64,000 nucleotides of DNA from an uncultured Actinomyces sp. (GTDB lineage Bacteria > Actinomycetota > Actinomycetes > Actinomycetales > Actinomycetaceae): positions 10,184 through 74,183 of the forward strand of contig CAYFNQ010000001.1 in NCBI GenBank assembly GCA_964344535.1. The letters are read 5' to 3'. The position numbers were made by a program, and so were the translations under genes. This document shows, one piece after another, positions 8,081-17,277 of the stretch (its first letter is position 1; each line of letters opens with the position of its first letter). A model generated the notes under the pieces. It ran no database searches. It saw nothing but the letters and a program-made list of their open reading frames with translations, and was not told the DNA's origin.

Positions 8081-10345
8081 CTAGTGGCCTTCAATTAGGG
8101 AACGCACTGCCTGCGCTGCGGATTCGGCGTCAGCTTGAGGCTGTTCCTCAGTCTTCTTCTGACTGCCTTTGCCCCTGGTCGGCTTTTCGCCGGGGCTGCC
8201 CGCTGCGCGCACTGCCACTCTTCTTTGTCGGCGTTTTCGCTGCACAGGTTCCGCAGCTCGACCCGGTTCTGACTCAACCAGCACCTGCGGCGCGACCTGT
8301 TCGGCCGCCCGCTCAGCGGCCTGTTCTGCTGGTTGCTCCGCCGGCTGCTCAACTGACTCTGGCGCAGGCGCTTCATCTAAGGGCGCAATGCGACTGGCCT
8401 GAGCTATGGCGGACAGTGCTGAGCGGACCTTCTCATCTCCCACATGCGTTTCGGTAGACGGTTCAGCCGGTGGAATCTTTTTTTGGCCCCGGGAGTGCAC
8501 CTCAGATCGCGGCTCTGTGCGCCTCACTTGGGCGTGGCCCTTCCCGGTCAGTTCAACCGGATGGTCGTGGACTATGAAACCCCTGCCATCGCAGATCTCA
8601 CAGGTCGTGGAGAAGGCCTCTACTAGCCCCTCTCCCACACGTTTGCGTGTCATTTGCACCAACCCAAGGGAGGTGATCTCTGTCACCTGGTGGCGGGTGC
8701 GGTCGCGTCCTAAACCTTCAACCAGTCTGCGTAGGACCAGCTCTCGGTTTGCTTCTAGCACCATGTCAACGAAGTCGATGATCACGATGCCGCCGATGTC
8801 ACGAAGACGAAGCTGGCGCACAATCTCTTCCGCCGCCTCCAAGTTGTTCCTGGTCACCGTTTCTTCCAAGGTGCCACCGGACCCAACGAACTTCCCGGTG
8901 TTCACGTCAACGACAGTGAGCGCCTCGGTTCGTTCAATTATTAGGGTGCCGCCGGAGGGAAGCCAAACCTTCCGGTCCATTGCCTTAGCTAGCTGCTGGT
9001 TGATTTTCTTCGCCTCAAAGACGTCTTCTTTCGACGTCCACTTCTCCATGCGGTCTTCAAGCTCAGGGGAAAGCTCTTCCACGTAGTCGCGGACCTTTTC
9101 CCAGGTCTCGTTTCCTTGGACAACCAGGCGCTTGAAATCCTCGTTAAACAAGTCACGAGCAACGCGGACCACCAGTTCGGGTTCGCCCCGCAGCAAAATG
9201 GGTGCTTTCTTAGAACGGTTCGCTTTGTCCTGGATGCTCTTCCACTGGGCCTCTAGGCGCTCAACGTCGTCTTCTAGTTGCTCTTCAGTTGCCCCCTCAG
9301 CAGCGGTGCGAACAATGACACCAGCACCGTCGGGGACTATCTCTTTTAGGATTCGCTTGAGACGGGCCCGTTCCGTGTCCGGAAGCTTGCGAGAAATTCC
9401 CAGGATGGACGTCCCGGGGACAAACACCAGGTAGCGCCCAGCAAGGGTGATCTGGCTGGTCAAACGCGCACCCTTGTGACCGATGGGGTCTTTACTGACC
9501 TGCACCATCACGGTGTCACCCGACTTTAGGGCGGATTCAATCTTCCTGGGCTTACCCTCCATGCCCAGCGCATCCCAGTTGACTTCACCTGCGTAAAGGA
9601 CGGCATTCCTGCCCTTTCCAATGTCAACGAAAGCGGCCTCCATGGACGGCAAAACGTTTTGAACGCGGCCAAGGTAAATGTTCCCCACGATGGACTGAGT
9701 CGTCTTGCGGGCAACGAAATGCTCCACCAGGATTCCGTCTTCCAAGACGGCAACCTGGTCTGACCCGTCCAAGTGCCTGATGACCATTTCGCGGTCGACC
9801 GATTCGCGCCGGGCCAGGAATTCTGCCTCAGTGATTGACTGACGTCTGCGACTGTCACGGCGCCCTTCACGGCGACGCATCCGTTTAGCTTCAAGGCGCG
9901 TCGAGCCTTTCAGCCCCTGAACCTCATCGCTGCTCTCAGCGTCAGCCTTTTCGACACCGGTGTTGCGAGGACGGCGCCGGCGACGCTTCGTGGACGAGGA
10001 TTCCTCTTTCGTCTTAGTTGATGTCGAGGCGGAGTCCGCCGAACTGCTTGCCTGCACACCATCGCCTGTGTTTGAGGCTTGGTCCTTTTGACTTTCGTCA
10101 GCCGTGGCACCCGCATTGGGCTTCTTGCCGCCTTGGCTCTTCCCGCCTTGGCTAGATTTTTTCTTACCAGCTTTTTGCCCGTTAGGACTCTTGCTTGCAG
10201 AACTCTTGTTCGATTTTTTGCGCTGAGGTGTGTCCGCTGGCTGGGTGTTTGTCACAGCCGGTTCTTGGAAAACCGGTGGGGCAAATTCCGGGGCCTGAAA
10301 CAGCACCGACGCAGGCGCCTTTGGCGCCTTATCTTCCGTATTCAA
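8081..10345 (-). CDS. rne: Ribonuclease E/G family endoribonuclease with Lys/Ser-rich N-terminal and Ala/Glu/Pro-rich C-terminal disordered extensions
   Basis: S1 domain (IVGNIYLGRVQNVLPSMEAAFVDIGKGRNAVLY) followed by the catalytic core (IIDFVDM, CEICDGRG zinc link). TTG start at 10345 with a GGAGA SD sequence. Confidence 0.92.
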   Translation of the reverse strand: MNTEDKAPKAPASVLFQAPEFAPPVFQEPAVTNTQPADTPQRKKSNKSSASKSPNGQKAGKKKSSQGGKSQGGKKPNAGATADESQKDQASNTGDGVQASSSADSASTSTKTKEESSSTKRRRRRPRNTGVEKADAESSDEVQGLKGSTRLEAKRMRRREGRRDSRRRQSITEAEFLARRESVDREMVIRHLDGSDQVAVLEDGILVEHFVARKTTQSIVGNIYLGRVQNVLPSMEAAFVDIGKGRNAVLYAGEVNWDALGMEGKPRKIESALKSGDTVMVQVSKDPIGHKGARLTSQITLAGRYLVFVPGTSILGISRKLPDTERARLKRILKEIVPDGAGVIVRTAAEGATEEQLEDDVERLEAQWKSIQDKANRSKKAPILLRGEPELVVRVARDLFNEDFKRLVVQGNETWEKVRDYVEELSPELEDRMEKWTSKEDVFEAKKINQQLAKAMDRKVWLPSGGTLIIERTEALTVVDVNTGKFVGSGGTLEETVTRNNLEAAEEIVRQLRLRDIGGIVIIDFVDMVLEANRELVLRRLVEGLGRDRTRHQVTEITSLGLVQMTRKRVGEGLVEAFSTTCEICDGRGFIVHDHPVELTGKGHAQVRRTEPRSEVHSRGQKKIPPAEPSTETHVGDEKVRSALSAIAQASRIAPLDEAPAPESVEQPAEQPAEQAAERAAEQVAPQVLVESEPGRAAEPVQRKRRQRRVAVRAAGSPGEKPTRGKGSQKKTEEQPQADAESAAQAVRSLIEGH

Positions 10346-10800
10346 TATTCTCCAGGGCGCCCCGCTCCCACACCGGAGCAGACGCTTGGTCTAGCTCAAC
10401 CGCCGACGTTCGTGCCGCCTAGCGGAAATCCTGCGGGCCGCGCCATATCGGTGTCCCACGCGGCTTCTTGAATTGGGTTCGTGACCTCTTGAAGCCGGGA
10501 ACTAACGCGCCGAACGGTGTGGTTCGGTTCCCTGCAAGGCAGCCTACACCGCTCCCTAGTTAGTTTGCTGGAGGCAACGCTCACCTGCGAGCCAAACGAG
10601 TCGCGACCCAACAAAGGCGGCCTAGGACGTATGGCCCAGGAGGGTTTGGCTACCTGCCATAGCTCCCTCTGCCTCAAGAAAAGCGTTGGGCGTTGCGCCC
10701 GGGCAACGTTTCATGCCCGGTTGTGTGAGGTAGATTTTAGGCGTGGTGGGAAGTTCCACCTATACAAGACGGTCTATACGAAAGTTGAGAGGTAGTCCAC

Positions 10801-12348
10801 ATGGATGTCCTGTCGATTGCGTTGGATCCCGTTGTCATTAGCCGCTGGCAGTTCGGTGTAACTACCGTTTACCACTTCGTCTTAGTGCCTCTCACAATTG
10901 GGCTTTCCCTTTGTGTGGCCATCATGCAGACGATGTGGACGCGATCCGGCAATGAAACCTGGTTGAAGGCGACCAGGTTCTTCGGGAAACTCCTGCTAAT
11001 CAACTTTGCTCTGGGTGTTGCCACGGGCATTGTCCAAGAGTTCCAGTTCGGAATGAACTGGAGCGAATATTCCCGCTATGTCGGTGACATTTTTGGTGCA
11101 CCACTAGCCATTGAAGCCCTGTTGGCGTTCTTCCTTGAGTCCACAATGCTTGGGCTTTGGATCTTCGGTTGGGGACGTTTATCAAAACGGGTGCACCTAG
11201 CCATGATCTGGGGCGTGGCCATCGGAACCATGCTCTCAGCCATGTGGATTTTGGCCGCGAACGCTTGGATGCAACACCCCGTCGGCGCCGTGTTCAACCC
11301 GGTTACGGGACGCGCCGAACTGGATGGAGTGGCCGGCTTTGCGGCGCTGATCTTGAACCCGGTGTTCTGGTGGACATTCACTCACGTGATCACCTCTTCC
11401 TGGCTGCTGGCCGGCACATTCATTGCCGGTATTTCGGTCTGGTGGATGACCAGAGCAGCTCGCGATGGCGGTGAAGCCGGAGAAGAAGAAGCACGCACCG
11501 TTTGGAAGCCCATCACCATTTTCGGTCTGTGGACCATAGTCGTTGGTGGTGTCCTCACTGCTGGGACCGGTCACTTCCAAGGCCAGGAGCTAGTTGAGAT
11601 CCAACCTATGAAGATGGCGGTAGCCGAAGGTATTTGCGTCGACGTTGAAGGCGCCGCGTTCACGGTCGCAGCCTTTGGCGAATGTCCCCTTGAAGGTGAC
11701 GGTGAGCCGGCTCGATTCATCACGGTTCCCGGTCTTGCTTCCTTCATGGCCTCCAACTCATTCGACTCTCCAGAGATCGGTGTCCAAGGGGCACAGGAAC
11801 GCATGGTTGAGTTGCTGAACGCCAACGATGATTTTGTGGCCAAGTACGGGGATGCCTCCCAGTACGACTTCCGACCAAACGCCAACGTCGTGTTCTGGTC
11901 CTTCCGCCTCATGATAGGGTTGTCTGCCTTCAGCGCCCTGCTGGCGCTTTGGGCCCTGTACGCAATGCGTAAGGATCGCATCCCGACGTCGAAGGCGCTA
12001 GGAACGTTCGCACTCATTGCAATCCCAGCACCCTTCTTGGCGGGATCTTTCGGGTGGATCTTCACAGAGATGGGCCGCCAACCATGGGTGGTCGTGCCAA
12101 ACCTGGCTGCGTTGCAAAACGGCGATCCAAGCGGGTCAGTATTCCAGCTGACGGAGATGGGTATCTCGACTTCGGTTCCCGCCGGCCAAATGCTTGCCAC
12201 ACTGATCCTCTTCACTGTCCTTTACGGCGTGCTGGGTGTCGTGTGGTACTGGCTGATGCGCCGCTACGTGCTTGAGGGCATCAGTGTCGACGATGAAGAA
12301 ACAGCTGACGACAAAGAGTCGGCTGAAACACTGAGTTTCGGTTACTAG
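10801..12348 (+). CDS. cydA: Cytochrome bd-type quinol oxidase subunit I
   Basis: RWQFGVTTVYHFVLVPLTIG N-terminus, GWIFTEMGRQPWVV motif, polytopic membrane protein. Confidence 0.95.
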   Translation: MDVLSIALDPVVISRWQFGVTTVYHFVLVPLTIGLSLCVAIMQTMWTRSGNETWLKATRFFGKLLLINFALGVATGIVQEFQFGMNWSEYSRYVGDIFGAPLAIEALLAFFLESTMLGLWIFGWGRLSKRVHLAMIWGVAIGTMLSAMWILAANAWMQHPVGAVFNPVTGRAELDGVAGFAALILNPVFWWTFTHVITSSWLLAGTFIAGISVWWMTRAARDGGEAGEEEARTVWKPITIFGLWTIVVGGVLTAGTGHFQGQELVEIQPMKMAVAEGICVDVEGAAFTVAAFGECPLEGDGEPARFITVPGLASFMASNSFDSPEIGVQGAQERMVELLNANDDFVAKYGDASQYDFRPNANVVFWSFRLMIGLSAFSALLALWALYAMRKDRIPTSKALGTFALIAIPAPFLAGSFGWIFTEMGRQPWVVVPNLAALQNGDPSGSVFQLTEMGISTSVPAGQMLATLILFTVLYGVLGVVWYWLMRRYVLEGISVDDEETADDKESAETLSFGY

Positions 12349-12364
12349 GAAGGGAGAAGACTAA

Positions 12365-13519
12365 ATGATGTTTCTAAGCATTCTGTGGTTCATCCTGATC
12401 GCGGTTCTTTGGACCGTCTACTTGGTGCTGGAAGGCTTCGACTTCGGTGTCGGCATGCTGATCTGGATCATCGGGAAGAAACCCGACCAGCGCACAGCAA
12501 TAGTGCGCACTATTGGCCCGCACTGGGACGGTAACGAAGTTTGGCTCCTTACAGCTGGTGGTGCCACGTTCGCAGCGTTCCCACTGTGGTACGCGACATG
12601 GTTCTCTGGCATGTACTTCGCACTGTTCCTACTGCTCACTTTGCTAATTGTCCGCATAGTCGCAATTGAGTGGCGTTCCAAGATTGCCACGGTTAAGTGG
12701 CGGAACATGTGGGACTGGGTCCAAACAGTTGCCTCCTACGGTGTTCCGTTGGTTCTGGGCGTAGCGTTTTCAAACTTTGTGCAGGGCATGCAAATTGAAG
12801 CGCAAACAACCCAGGTTGTTGACGGGTCCTTAGCAATCACCACGATCCCGGCCAGTGAAGTGGCCGCGGCCATGGATTCGGGCAACCTTGTGTTCAACCT
12901 GACCGGCGGGTTCTGGTCATTGTTCACCCCGTACTCCCTGTTGGGTGGCGTGATGCTGCTGGTGGTCTTCATGGCCCACGGAGCGCAGTACCTAGCGCTC
13001 AAGACCAAGGGTGTCATTGAGGAACGCGCAACCAGCATCGGGAGGGTGACGTCCCTGGTTGCCCTAGCACTAGCGGCCCTGTGGATCCTTTGGGGACAGC
13101 TGGCGTACTCGCAGACCGGCTGGAGCTGGCTGCCACTGATAGTGGCCGCACTAGCCCTGGTTGGCTCCCTGTTGAACTCGCTGCTGGGACGCGAAGGCTG
13201 GGCATTCGGCTTCTCCTCACTGGGAATTGCCGGTGCCGTTGCCTGGGTGTTCACAGTTATGGCTCCCAACGTTATGAAGTCTGCGATTGACCCGGCGTAC
13301 TCCCTGTCGATTGAGTGGGCTTCTTCAACCCATCCGACGCTGGTGGTGATGACGGTTGTAACAGTGATCCTGCTACCGATCGTTATTGCTTACACAGCCT
13401 GGTCCTACTGGGTGTTCCGCGGGCGCGTGTCGACGAAGTCAGTCGACCAAAACGCCGGTCTGGCACCTGACTGGATCCGCCCCAAGGCGAACTTCCTAGC
13501 CGGGAAGAAGATGCAGTAG
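12365..13519 (+). CDS. cydB: Cytochrome bd-type quinol oxidase subunit II
   Basis: LEGFDFGVGML and GPHWDGNEVWLLTAGGATFAAFP motifs. Lies directly downstream of cydA. Confidence 0.93.
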   Translation: MMFLSILWFILIAVLWTVYLVLEGFDFGVGMLIWIIGKKPDQRTAIVRTIGPHWDGNEVWLLTAGGATFAAFPLWYATWFSGMYFALFLLLTLLIVRIVAIEWRSKIATVKWRNMWDWVQTVASYGVPLVLGVAFSNFVQGMQIEAQTTQVVDGSLAITTIPASEVAAAMDSGNLVFNLTGGFWSLFTPYSLLGGVMLLVVFMAHGAQYLALKTKGVIEERATSIGRVTSLVALALAALWILWGQLAYSQTGWSWLPLIVAALALVGSLLNSLLGREGWAFGFSSLGIAGAVAWVFTVMAPNVMKSAIDPAYSLSIEWASSTHPTLVVMTVVTVILLPIVIAYTAWSYWVFRGRVSTKSVDQNAGLAPDWIRPKANFLAGKKMQ

Positions 13520-13533
13520 TCGGGCAACTGCCC

Positions 13534-13568
13534 AAAGGTGGCCTCACGCTTGGCGTGGGGCCACCTTT
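13534..13568 (+). terminator. Intrinsic terminator after cydB
   Basis: AAAGGTGGCC (13534-13543) pairs with GGCCACCTTT (13559-13568). The loop contains a nested CACGC/GCGTG stem. A T-rich tail TTTCTTT follows. Confidence 0.6.
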
Positions 13569-13591
13569 CTTTAACCACCAAGGTCTTGAAG

Positions 13592-13635
13592 ACAGCTCTG
13601 TTGCAAAGGCTCTTCTGCTTTTGCAGCAGCTGTTT
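13592..13635 (+). terminator. Second, imperfect terminator-like hairpin upstream of cydD
   Basis: ACAGCT..TGCAAA pairs with TTTGCA..AGCTGT around an internal loop, followed by TTTT (13632-13635). Confidence 0.35.
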
Positions 13636-13673
13636 TAGCTCAGGGCGCCCGGACCCCTAGGAAGCAAGGTGGC

Positions 13674-15497
13674 GTGTCTGTGACAATGGTGAGCATGAGA
13701 CCTTTCGACCCGCGTCTAATGAAGTACGCGAAAGCCGCAAGAAAGTACATTTTTGAAATCGCCTTCCTAGGTTTTGTGACCGCGGCGCTAGTGATTGCTC
13801 AGGCCTTCCTAATCTCAGCGAGCCTCTCCCCCGTAGTTTCCCAGTCCGCGACCCTGAGCCAGGTCACCACCCCCCTGCTGGCCCTTCTAGCCGTGGTGGT
13901 CCTTCGTGCGGCAGTGGTGTTCGCAAGGGAATCCCGCGCCCACCGGGCTGCAGACCAAGCCATCGCACAACTCAGAGAAAAAGTCATCGCTAAAGCGATC
14001 CGCTTGGGCCCCAGATGGCGGGCACGCAACAACACCGCGAACGCGACCTTGGTGACACGTGGCCTAGATGACCTAGAGCCCTACTTCGTGAAGTTTCTTC
14101 CCCAGCTTCTACTAGTCGCCACGGTGACCCCACTGGCTTTGGGGGCCATTCTCACCCTGGACTTTTGGAGCGCCCTAACCGCCCTTATAACCATCCCTTT
14201 GATTCCGCTGTTCATGGTGCTCATCGGCAGGATGACACAGGGATTTTCAGCGAAAAAGCTGGTTGCGATGGAGCGTCTGGGAGCCCAACTCCTAGACCTC
14301 TTATCCGGACTGCCGACCCTGCGAGCGCTGGGCCGGGAGCAGGGTCCACGCACTCACCTGATAAGCCTAGGCAAGCAAAACACCCGCACCACAATGGCAA
14401 CTTTGCGGATTGCGTTCCTTTCCGGCGGGGTCCTGGAGTTCTTAGCAACCCTGTCCGTCGCCTTAGTTGCGGTCCAGGTGGGCATGAGGATGGTCGTTGG
14501 ACAGCTAGACCTAGCTACCGGTCTGGTGATCATCATGTTGGCACCCGAAGTCTTTGAGCCCCTGCGGCAAGTTGGGACCCAGTTTCACGCGTCAACCAAC
14601 GGGGTTGCTGCCGCAGAGCAATGCTTTGAAATCCTAGAGACACCAGAAACTTCCCGCGGTGACCTAGTCGCACAGCCGGCTGGAACCCAGCCGATACACA
14701 TCGAAGACCTTTCCGTGGCTTCACGGGGAATGTGGGCCCCACACAACCTGTCGGGAACCATAGAACCCGGAACGATCACGGCGTTAGAGGGAGCCTCCGG
14801 GGCAGGCAAATCCACAACCGTGCAGGTCCTGTTAGGTTTTGAGCCGGCGACAAGGGGAAACATCTTTGTGGAATCAGCAAATGGACCGGTCAGTGTTTCC
14901 CAACTGGACTTGCAGCAGTGGTGGAAAGCGATCTCCTGGATCCCACAGCACCCGGCCATCTCACCGGGCACAGTCCTAGAAAACGTTGCGCCCCGCGCTA
15001 CCGAACCCTCACCTGAGCTCCTTGAAGCCGCTCGGAAAACCGGGTTCGACACAGTGGTTGACTCGCTCCCCAAGGGGTGGCACACGCGGCTTGGTGAAGG
15101 CGGAGTTGGACTTTCCGTTGGACAGCGCCAGCGGCTGGCACTTACCCGGACACTGAACGGGGACGCCACCCTCGTCATCCTAGATGAACCAACAGCGCAC
15201 CTGGATGCACTCAGCGAAGAACAAGTTGTTGCAGCACTGAAAGAACTGAAAGCCGGTGGAACAACCGTGCTAGTCATTGCCCACAGGCAGGCTGCCCTAC
15301 GCGTTGCGGACCAGGTCCTCACCGTCGAAACCCAGAGCGCAACCGCAAAAGAACTGGAGCAGTACCCGTCGCTGGCAGACGACTACCAGCTGGAAAATCT
15401 GAGTGGGGACCTACCGGGCTTCCTAGATTCGGCCTACCTACCGAAAGACGACCAGGAGGGTCTTCAGCTGGTGGAAGAACGGAGGGAAGCAAAGTGA
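13674..15497 (+). CDS. cydD: Thiol reductant ABC exporter subunit CydD (fused TMD-NBD)
   Basis: Six-helix transmembrane domain followed by Walker A GASGAGKST, signature LSVGQRQR and Walker B LVILDEPT. The start is uncertain (GTG 13674 or ATG 13695). Confidence 0.85.
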   Translation: MSVTMVSMRPFDPRLMKYAKAARKYIFEIAFLGFVTAALVIAQAFLISASLSPVVSQSATLSQVTTPLLALLAVVVLRAAVVFARESRAHRAADQAIAQLREKVIAKAIRLGPRWRARNNTANATLVTRGLDDLEPYFVKFLPQLLLVATVTPLALGAILTLDFWSALTALITIPLIPLFMVLIGRMTQGFSAKKLVAMERLGAQLLDLLSGLPTLRALGREQGPRTHLISLGKQNTRTTMATLRIAFLSGGVLEFLATLSVALVAVQVGMRMVVGQLDLATGLVIIMLAPEVFEPLRQVGTQFHASTNGVAAAEQCFEILETPETSRGDLVAQPAGTQPIHIEDLSVASRGMWAPHNLSGTIEPGTITALEGASGAGKSTTVQVLLGFEPATRGNIFVESANGPVSVSQLDLQQWWKAISWIPQHPAISPGTVLENVAPRATEPSPELLEAARKTGFDTVVDSLPKGWHTRLGEGGVGLSVGQRQRLALTRTLNGDATLVILDEPTAHLDALSEEQVVAALKELKAGGTTVLVIAHRQAALRVADQVLTVETQSATAKELEQYPSLADDYQLENLSGDLPGFLDSAYLPKDDQEGLQLVEERREAK

Positions 15498-17272
15498 GGT
15501 GGGTACTCTCAGCTCCCGAACGCGAAGCTCTGGCTCGCACTGTCCGCATGCTCAACGTCAAGAGGGGCGCATTTTGGCTTTCAGTGCTTTACGGCGTTGC
15601 AGGTTTAGGCTCAGCCATTGGTCTAGCTGCCGTCTCTGCCTGGCTAATCGCTAGGGCCTCCCAAATGCCGCCAGTGCTGTACCTGTCTATCGCGGCAACC
15701 TCTGTGCGTATGTTCGGGGTTCTTCGTGCACTGCTGCGCTACCTGCAGCGGCTAGCCAGCCACCGCGTTGCCCTAGATGGTATGGATTCGCTGCGCTTGG
15801 CTGTTTATGACGACGTGATGTCCGGGCCTATCGAGCAGGTCGCGCAGTTGCAAAGGGGTGACCTTCTAGGCCGTATCGGGGCCGATATCGACGCTGTCGG
15901 CGACTACGTCGTGAAGTCCCTGCTTCCGTTCGTCACAGTCGCCATTGTGGCTGTCGGCACGGTCATTGGCTTTGCTTTCCTTTCCATTCCAGCCGCTGCA
16001 GTGATGGCTGTTGGACTGTTTGTCTCTGCCGTGATTTCACCGCTTTTGGTGGCGCGCTCCGCTAGGGAGTCTGAAGCACTTGAACAAGACGCCAAACGGA
16101 CCCTTTCAGTCCAGGCACTGTCTATGTTGGAAGACGCCGACGAACTAGCTGTAGAGCAACGCTTAGAGGACGCTTTTGAACGCCTTGACACAACGTCGAA
16201 GGACCTGGATCGGGCGCGTGCCAAAGCGGCTCGCCCGGCGGCATTTGGCGTAGGTCTTGACCGGTTAGCCATGGGGCTGACCGTGGTGGGGGTTTTAGTT
16301 GTCGCGATCCCCGAAACCAACATGGGGTACGTGGCTGCGGTCGCCTTAGCTGTCCTAGTTCTAACACCGCTGGCAGCGTTTGAGGGAACGTCGGAGCTGG
16401 GCGAGGCAGCCGTCCAGTTGGTCCGCTCAGCGCGCGCCGCAAAGCGAATTACTGACCTGGTGGGAGCCCCCTCAAGAGATAGCACTCCCCACGCCGTGCC
16501 CCAGGAATTTAGAGCCGACCCTGCCTCATCACCCAACCTGTCCGCTGTGGATCTGACCGTTGGTTGGCCTGGCCGACCCCCTGCCGTTACAGGAATAAAC
16601 ATGGACCTGGCCCCCGGTCAGGTGACCGCCATTGTGGGCCCATCAGGCATAGGTAAGTCAACGCTGCTTTACACGCTGGCGGGCATGCTGGAAGCCGTAG
16701 ATGGCGAAGCAACCTTGAATGGGGTTCCGGTTTGGAATGCAGACAGGTCCCAGGTGACCGACAAGGTTTCGCTGACCACTGAGGACGCACACATTTTTGC
16801 GACAACAGTGTTTGAAAACATTCGGGTAGCGCGTTCCAATGTGACCCGAGCAGAAGCGACGGAATTTTTGAACACCGTGGGATTAGGAGATTGGCTGGAA
16901 GGTCTTCCCCAGGGGCTAGACACAATGCTGGGGAGCTTTGCTACGACAATTTCTGGCGGCGAACGACGGCGTTTGTTGTTGGCACGGGCTTTAGCTACCG
17001 GGGCTCCCCTTCTCTTGCTAGACGAACCCGGGGAGCACCTGGACTCCGAAACAGCTGAGCAGATAATGCGGGCACTGCTCCAAGGCGCTAGTGAAGAACG
17101 CGGGCTCCTGATTGTCACACACCAGCTGTTCACCCTTGGAGATTCAACCCAGGTCATTCGGTTAGAGGCCCAACCGGGCTCACCCGCCAAGATCGTGTCT
17201 GCCGGAACCCACCGGGAACTAATGGAACAAGACGCAAGCTACCGCTGGGCCGCGCACCAAGAACGGGAGTAA
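15494..17272 (+). CDS. cydC: Thiol reductant ABC exporter subunit CydC (fused TMD-NBD)
   Basis: GTGA overlap with cydD. Walker A GPSGIGKST, signature ISGGERRR, Walker B LLLLDEPG. Confidence 0.85.
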   Translation: MRWVLSAPEREALARTVRMLNVKRGAFWLSVLYGVAGLGSAIGLAAVSAWLIARASQMPPVLYLSIAATSVRMFGVLRALLRYLQRLASHRVALDGMDSLRLAVYDDVMSGPIEQVAQLQRGDLLGRIGADIDAVGDYVVKSLLPFVTVAIVAVGTVIGFAFLSIPAAAVMAVGLFVSAVISPLLVARSARESEALEQDAKRTLSVQALSMLEDADELAVEQRLEDAFERLDTTSKDLDRARAKAARPAAFGVGLDRLAMGLTVVGVLVVAIPETNMGYVAAVALAVLVLTPLAAFEGTSELGEAAVQLVRSARAAKRITDLVGAPSRDSTPHAVPQEFRADPASSPNLSAVDLTVGWPGRPPAVTGINMDLAPGQVTAIVGPSGIGKSTLLYTLAGMLEAVDGEATLNGVPVWNADRSQVTDKVSLTTEDAHIFATTVFENIRVARSNVTRAEATEFLNTVGLGDWLEGLPQGLDTMLGSFATTISGGERRRLLLARALATGAPLLLLDEPGEHLDSETAEQIMRALLQGASEERGLLIVTHQLFTLGDSTQVIRLEAQPGSPAKIVSAGTHRELMEQDASYRWAAHQERE

Positions 17273-17277
17273 GACTA

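Noticed and set aside
8081-10345. Low-complexity repeats in RNase E (Lys/Ser/Gly-rich N-terminus; PAEQPAEQAAERAAEQ near the C-terminus), and the Pro/Val/Glu-rich insert in DivIVA (about 40450-40620).
   Set aside because: Intrinsically disordered, repetitive extensions are normal for actinobacterial RNase E and DivIVA/Wag31. They are not evidence of a separate element.
10396-10795. Small ORFs (93 aa minus strand, 92 aa plus strand) inside the rne/cydA intergenic region.
   Set aside because: They overlap each other on opposite strands, lack SD sequences and have an Arg/Gly/Pro-biased composition. The region is more likely untranslated regulatory sequence.
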